Below are positions 59,360 to 64,000 of a stretch of DNA of 64,000 bases, piece by piece. Source of the DNA: Bdellovibrionales bacterium. GTDB lineage: Bacteria > Bdellovibrionota > Bdellovibrionia > Bdellovibrionales > UBA1609. The stretch spans positions 24 through 64,023 of the forward strand of contig JAIBAM010000012.1 in NCBI GenBank assembly GCA_019695175.1, written 5' to 3'. The position numbers were made by a program, and so were the translations under genes. Within the stretch, counting starts at the first letter, position 1. Each line of letters begins with the position of its first letter. The notes beneath the pieces are model-generated. The model was not told the origin of the DNA. It saw nothing but the letters and a program-made list of their open reading frames with translations, and did not search any database.

Positions 59360-59649
59360 ATTTTCTGCATATGCAGGTTAATTTTTAATAATAGGAGTTT
59401 TTGTAATAACTAGATGTCGCCCTACTAATTTTTAATTAAAAACAAATTTTTCTTATAATAAGAATTTATAATAAGTTTTATCGAGATTTTTTGTTCAAAA
59501 ACTTAAGTTATTTTGTTTATATAGTTCTATTTTGGAACCAAAACTATAAATTGTATATCATCCAACAGTTACTTTAGCTAAGGTTTCAAAGATTGTTTGC
59601 TTATACTTCTTTTTCCGCTTAGTAAATTTTCTAGAGAAAAAATAAGTTT

Positions 59650-60507
59650 ATGAAATTAATTTTTATTTTGTTAATTCTTCAATTCTTCACTTCTTCTGTG
59701 AAAGCAGATGAACATGTAATTGTGAAAGCAGATGAACAGGTAATTGTTCATGGCCCCGATTCAAATACTGGAACTGGCTGTTTGGGTTTGCTTAGGGGTC
59801 TCGAGGGTGATGGTGGAGGTCGAGACAAGAAAGCTGTGGAATTGAATGTTCCAGGTGTTAGTCCTAATACTTCCGCAAATGATGTTGAACCACCTGTAGT
59901 TATAATCACTGAAGTTTTATTAGCTGACCCACTAATGGAAGTCCCGCCAAGTAGGGCATTTTTTAGAAATTCAACCGATGAAGGCGGTCTTAGGGTTTGG
60001 AGTGTTCGTCATAGAGGACCTGGTGGTGGGATGATGCATACATTGGCTCTACCTCCCGAAATTTCTTTTAGGTACGGAACATTTGGATTAGCTGGAGTGA
60101 GAGAAAATTTCCAAATCTACCTTGGTAATTTAGCATGGGGTATAGCTCCCTTAGATTTTGTGTTAGGAATACGCCAATCTATTCCTAGCAGCTTTTCTGA
60201 GCTTCATAGGATTTGGGTGAGAACCTCTGCTGCAGAACTGCAAGCTTTAGGGTTGATTATAGCGAACGATTCTCGAGCAAAGCACGACCCCGATGTTCTA
60301 GCAGTTTTTGATTTACAAACTAGAACTATTGTTGCCATTGGTTTACCATCCAGTTTGGTCACAAAAGATGCTATTTCAAATGGTGTGACGGGTATAGATA
60401 TGGGATCGGATCAAGGAAGTGGTATGGAAGCAGGTCTATTTTTGACTCATGAAATCACACCTCATGATTCCGCATCTCCTGTGGACATGCCGTTTTCACA
60501 CCATTAA
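59650..60507 (+). CDS. Secreted hypothetical protein with a duplicated N-terminal octapeptide, compositionally atypical
   Basis: Signal peptide MKLIFILLILQFFTSSVKA followed by VKADEHVI/VKADEQVI. Hand counts of two 60-nt lines give 31/60 and 29/60 G+C, against 21/60 in a line of the preceding gene. Confidence 0.55.
   Translation: MKLIFILLILQFFTSSVKADEHVIVKADEQVIVHGPDSNTGTGCLGLLRGLEGDGGGRDKKAVELNVPGVSPNTSANDVEPPVVIITEVLLADPLMEVPPSRAFFRNSTDEGGLRVWSVRHRGPGGGMMHTLALPPEISFRYGTFGLAGVRENFQIYLGNLAWGIAPLDFVLGIRQSIPSSFSELHRIWVRTSAAELQALGLIIANDSRAKHDPDVLAVFDLQTRTIVAIGLPSSLVTKDAISNGVTGIDMGSDQGSGMEAGLFLTHEITPHDSASPVDMPFSHH
59698..59745. repeat. 24-bp tandem duplication in the secreted-protein gene
   Basis: gtgaaagcagatgaacatgtaatt / gtgaaagcagatgaacaggtaatt, with 1 mismatch. 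Confidence 0.9.
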
Positions 60508-60532
60508 CGGGGCATTCATAGGGGTCCTTTCG

Positions 60533-61743
60533 TTAAAACATTTTGTGATAAAACATTCTAACAATAGTCCTGACTGCCCCCGTTATTGATGTAGACCCAT
60601 TTTTTTCACTTGGGATTGAGGTGAGCCTGAAGACCTTTTTTCCAGTGTGATTTTCTGGAAAGCATACATCTCGCCCTAACAAAGTCCAAGGTGAATTGGA
60701 ATCAATGCTCACAGCACAACTATTTGCCATAAATCCTTATACCGATTGAGTAACTCTTGGGCAGACTCCTCTTTGGCATTGGTAATCATACCGTGCAAAC
60801 CGTCCCAAAGACTGTCTTCTTGTATTTTTGTTTCATGCAAAGACGCGGTCAGTTTATTACAAACCTTCAGATATTTTTTTGTTCCTCGGTTTTTGAGCCA
60901 TTGATTTAATTCAATTTGATTTGTTTTATCCAACTGCTTCCTTATACGAGTGACAATTCGCTCTCTGTCACTGTCCAATCCCAGCAGATTGGACATCTGT
61001 CACTAAGCTCATTTTTGGGGTCTTTTTTAGCTCGGAGGGAAGAGTAGTTTACAATAAGATCCCGTTTTTGAGCCTGGGTGGTTCCCGTTTTATGAAATTT
61101 TACGAAGACGTCGACCTTCCACTTCTTTCTCCATAACGGCGAATCCTTTTTTATCCACCGTTGATGCGAAGTTGAGCATCTCTTGCTTAACCTCAGAGGA
61201 CATGGACTTTAATTTGGCTGCAACCACATAATGAACTCCCAAGGAATCCATAAGGTCCAAATTGTCTTGGTTAAACATGGCTCTATCTGCCTGTCCCTCA
61301 ACCCGAAGCTGACGAATAAAAGGATCCGGTTCTTTGGATTCTTTCTGTGCAATAGACCTTGAAAGTGCGTCAATATGAGGCACAATTAGGACTATATCTT
61401 TTTCTGTTTGTCGAAAAGCTTGTTCAGCTTCTCCATAACCTATAGATTTTTTGTATTCAATTTGTTCCATAGAAATCTCCCGTACGGATTTTCCAGAGTG
61501 CGGTTGCTCCAAAAACACTTCAACAAGATCCAGAGTACGTCGCCATTCAGACTCTAATCTTGGTAGGGCAGCTTCCTTCTTCTGTAGTAAATCTTGAAAG
61601 TGCTGCCGTTCAGATTGAAGCTCCCTTAACGAAAACGACTCCAATCGGGCGTAATTGACATATTTGAAGCTTCGACCCTCTTTCGAAAACCGTTGAGATA
61701 CCTCATCACCTGACGTTGTCCTAAATAGGTCAGTACATGTCAT
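60533..61743 (-). pseudogene. Decayed IS1634/IS4-family DDE transposase (three ORF fragments, N-terminus missing)
   Basis: Fragments carry family-typical strings: 'VEGQADRAMFNQDNLDLMDSLGVHYVVAAKLK' (cf. vADRGM.s..N...l...g..YI.g.rl), 'GTKKYLKV' and 'WDGLHGMITNAKEESAQELLNRYKDLWQI'. They are interrupted by stops and frameshifts between 60996/61090 and near 60720. Confidence 0.6.
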
Positions 61744-61818
61744 AGACCAAACAGGCTGACAAATGTACAGAGAAAGCCAATAGGATAGCTCCTCGTAAGC
61801 CCAGTAATTTCATACCTT

Positions 61819-62135
61819 TTGACATATCAATTTTCGGGCCAAAGAAATACAGGCAAAATCAACCAATACATATATATCAGCGCTCTGACGGCTGGTGGTA
61901 CACCACAAAAAATAATTCAAGCTTGGATCACAGGCGAATTTCTTGTCGTTATGAATACTGAGCTTCGGCAAGAAATCAATACTGTTTTCAATCGCTCAAA
62001 ATTTATCAAGTCCGACAAAAAACGGCGGATGCTTCTTGGAGCCCTCTTTAACCAAGATCTTATATTAAGGGTATCGAGATACTCAAGCCGAGTCAGTTTT
62101 GCCAAAGACTCAAAATTAAGTAGGCGCGTCCGCAT
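61819..62135 (+). pseudogene. Fragment of a PIN-family toxin gene (TIGR00305-like)
   Basis: 'YISALTAGGTPQKIIQAWITGEFLVVMNTELRQEINTVFNRSKF' resembles 'vlisAll..gG.p..il.....g.f.lv.s..il.E...vl.r.kf'. The acidic N-terminal DTN motif and the C-terminal D..D motifs are not recognisable. The 3' end runs into the opposing lipoprotein gene. Confidence 0.4.
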
Positions 62136-62138
62136 GAG

Positions 62139-62675
62139 TTACTGTTTTACAAATCCAGTGCAAGTGTTAACCCACACCTCGTTGTTACTGAGACATTTTT
62201 TAGAATTACAAATAGAATCTAAAGTCAGTGATTCGTAAACAACCTTGCGACTACCTAATGATCCGAATTGAATGAACTCATTTTGGCTCTCAGAATCTTG
62301 AATATTTGTTTTCAATTCGTCACGGGCGCATATTTTCACTTGTGATTCAGACTGAAGTATACTCTCAACTGCGCGAAGTTGAGAATAGCAGGAGTCTTTG
62401 TCCTGATTTGTCGGCTGCATAATCTCTAAAACCTCGTTTTTATCATTTAGGACGTACATAAAATATTGATGTCTCCAGTTGTTTTCAGCCTCCGCATTGA
62501 AGAAAAGGCATTTCTGTCGGACTCGATCAGAATTTACATGAATGACATGGAGATCGTTTAGATTACTTTGTTTGGCCGCTGGAAATGTCTTTAAGTTAAA
62601 ACCCTTCGTGGACTGGCATGCAGGAATACAGAGGCAGAGAGTTAACAAAAGTAAATTACTTTTTAAGGTCTGCAT
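62139..62675 (-). CDS. Periplasmic lipoprotein (candidate immunity partner of the upstream SLT protein)
   Basis: Signal peptide and lipobox 'LLLLTLCLCIPACQS', with several Cys. The ATG overlaps the last 20 nt of the SLT gene. Confidence 0.6.
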   Translation of the reverse strand: MQTLKSNLLLLTLCLCIPACQSTKGFNLKTFPAAKQSNLNDLHVIHVNSDRVRQKCLFFNAEAENNWRHQYFMYVLNDKNEVLEIMQPTNQDKDSCYSQLRAVESILQSESQVKICARDELKTNIQDSESQNEFIQFGSLGSRKVVYESLTLDSICNSKKCLSNNEVWVNTCTGFVKQ

Positions 62676-63327
62676 AGGCTCTCCTGTACGATTTAAGACC
62701 CGCCTTTTTATAATCAGAATGACTCTTTAAAAGTCCCTTATACTCCAGAATTAATTCCTCATGGTCTGGAGCCCTTTTCAATTGGTACATCGCTGTAGCT
62801 CTTTTTCTAAAGAGCCAACGCACTCCCATCGGAATTGCTATATTCGGATCCTTCAGATCTTTCTGTCGTATTTTATTGAAAATGAATTCCTTGGCTTCCC
62901 CAATTGGGTCTTGCACAATTTTCAAAGTGTCTGGGGTGATTTGAGTGATGCCAAAGGCTTTTTTATTTTCGCGAGGATCAGCGCGAAATCCTGATTCACT
63001 CGCGATCAAGGCTTTCACAACATCCAGGTCAAGAGGTGGATCCGCGTTGAACTTTTTGTTGAAGTAGTCCGTCCACACGGCGATAACGTCATCGTATTTG
63101 TCGGCATCTTTATATTCCTTGAGTTCGCCCTTGGTTGGATAAATGATGCCCTTACGATCATAGTTCTTGAAAATGGATTCAATCTCTGCAGCGTCTAAAT
63201 AAGTACCTTTTAGGCGCCGTAGATGACGATCCCTTATCGTGATTCCAGTCGGGTTTTTTTCACTAACGGGAACATGCAGTGGATGCTCGAGAACTGTTGT
63301 AATTTTCTTTCGAACCTTCTTCGGCAT
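62656..63327 (-). CDS. SLT-domain lytic transglycosylase-like protein without a signal peptide
   Basis: 'VKALIASESGFRADP...AFGITQITPDT' matches the catalytic E-S ... G(L/I)(M/T)Q(I/V) motifs of family-1 lytic transglycosylases. The N-terminus is basic and hydrophilic, with no signal peptide. Confidence 0.65.
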   Translation of the reverse strand: MPKKVRKKITTVLEHPLHVPVSEKNPTGITIRDRHLRRLKGTYLDAAEIESIFKNYDRKGIIYPTKGELKEYKDADKYDDVIAVWTDYFNKKFNADPPLDLDVVKALIASESGFRADPRENKKAFGITQITPDTLKIVQDPIGEAKEFIFNKIRQKDLKDPNIAIPMGVRWLFRKRATAMYQLKRAPDHEELILEYKGLLKSHSDYKKAGLKSYRRAYADLKK

Positions 63328-63445
63328 AGCCAGTAGAATAGTTTAGATCGGACACCCTTATCAAGTATCTAAAATCCTCTCACTTGAAATAACTTGCGAT
63401 CTTTATAGCTTCGCCAAGTTCTTTGTATCGTTGAGTGTCCCATCT

Positions 63446-63860
63446 AAATACTGACATTGGTAAAGAGTAGGCCCCTGGAAAGCATCAAATCAGAAAATCC
63501 TTTTCTCCCGGCGTAGAGATTTATTCCCCTCCCAAAATGCAACGCATTGTTTTAATCAACTGTCGTTTAATCAACTGTCGGTTGAAGTTTCCGCTTTGGA
63601 GAATTTGTAATGCAAAGTGCTGTTCATCATACAAAATAGGGATGGGTTTCCAACGATCTTCAGGTGGAAGCTTATTCCACTTTTATTTGACGAACAGCTT
63701 TTCGGATTAAAAATAATTGAAGACAGCAATTTTCAAAGGCCCCTGATCAAAACCATGAGAAAACATTTTGGTAAAGGTGTGAATCTATATGCCGGGAGAA
63801 AAGCCTTTACGGATTTGATGATGTTTCGTGGCCACCTTTTCGAAAAAATAACCTATTATG
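63446..63860. repeat. Back-to-back inverted duplication of a ~200-bp coding fragment (junction about 63657/63658)
   Basis: The plus arm encodes FRWKLIPLLFDEQLFGLKIIEDSNFQRPLIKTMRKHFGKGVNLYAGRKAFTDLMMFRGHLF. The minus arm encodes DRWKPIPILYDEQHFALQILQSGNFNRQLIK(RQLIK)TMR-frameshift-HFGRGINLYAGRKGFSDLMLSRGLLF. The minus arm carries a 15-bp tandem duplication at 63552..63581 and a 1-nt deletion. Confidence 0.75.
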
Positions 63861-63878
63861 GATCTATAGGAGGTCCTT

Positions 63879-64000
63879 GTGAAGGTTTTAAAAGTATCAC
63901 AGGATGTTGTAACGCTCGCTGAGTTTAAGAGCCAAGCGGCAATGTTAATTGAACGTATAGGTTCTTCTTCTCAACCGCTTCTCATCACACAAAATGGCAA
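63879..64000 (+). CDS. Phd/YefM-type type II antitoxin, 5' part (runs off the window)
   Basis: AGGAGG sits 5 nt upstream of the GTG at 63879. Translation MKVLKVSQDVVTLAEFKSQAAMLIERIGSSSQPLLITQNG matches the Phd/YefM N-terminal pattern (..v..sefk...s.ll..v....ep..It.nGk). Confidence 0.6.
   Translation, partial: MKVLKVSQDVVTLAEFKSQAAMLIERIGSSSQPLLITQNG

Noticed and set aside
59360-59649. Hidden small gene or CRISPR leader in the AT-rich spacer
   Set aside because: There is no ORF of useful length and no repeat-spacer periodicity. Only short palindromes occur (ctgcatatgcag; ttttgg-aa-ccaaaa), consistent with a weak terminator or promoter region.
63617-63922. 101-aa plus-strand ORF as an intact gene
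   Set aside because: Its 5' third is simply the reverse complement of the other arm of the inverted duplication. Its 3' end overlaps the much better supported antitoxin start (AGGAGG-GTG at 63879). It is best treated as a gene fragment.

Overview
AT-rich bacterial chromosomal window with dense coding and many short gene overlaps. The gene content looks Bdellovibrio-like or deltaproteobacterial (Tol-Pal genes, flagellar late genes, several PilZ proteins, many secreted or lipoprotein hypotheticals); that assignment is inference only. Most of 1-59.3 kb is core housekeeping. It holds tRNA-Gly(GCC), pgsA, glpX, tatA, transketolase, a partial dcw block (ftsW-murG-murC-murB) and smpB-rsmA-tsaD. It also holds pal, a small unannotated lipoprotein and a ybgF-like gene, then ssb, aspartate aminotransferase, coaD-rsmD, flaG-fliD-fliS, priA, galU and phnDCE. 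Between these sit signalling genes: three PilZ-type proteins, a double cNMP-binding protein and a PAS/HATPase kinase-like protein with no His at the expected H-box position. Many lineage-specific secreted or membrane proteins fill the rest. The last ~4.6 kb (59.4-64.0 kb) differs: an extremely AT-rich spacer, a more G+C-rich secreted repeat protein, a decayed IS1634/IS4-like transposase and a PIN-toxin fragment. It continues with a signal-peptide-less SLT lytic transglycosylase overlapping a lipoprotein gene (effector/immunity-like pair), a ~400 bp back-to-back inverted duplication of a coding fragment, and the start of a Phd/YefM-type antitoxin at the window edge. The best candidates for something new are the subtilase-TM-PilZ fusion (11042-12952), the TPR / His-less kinase / degenerate PilZ operon behind a C10-TATAAT promoter-like tract, and the SLT-lipoprotein pair in the degraded island. 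No CRISPR array, rRNA, intact IS or recognisable defence operon was seen. All calls come from reading motifs by eye; no searches were run.
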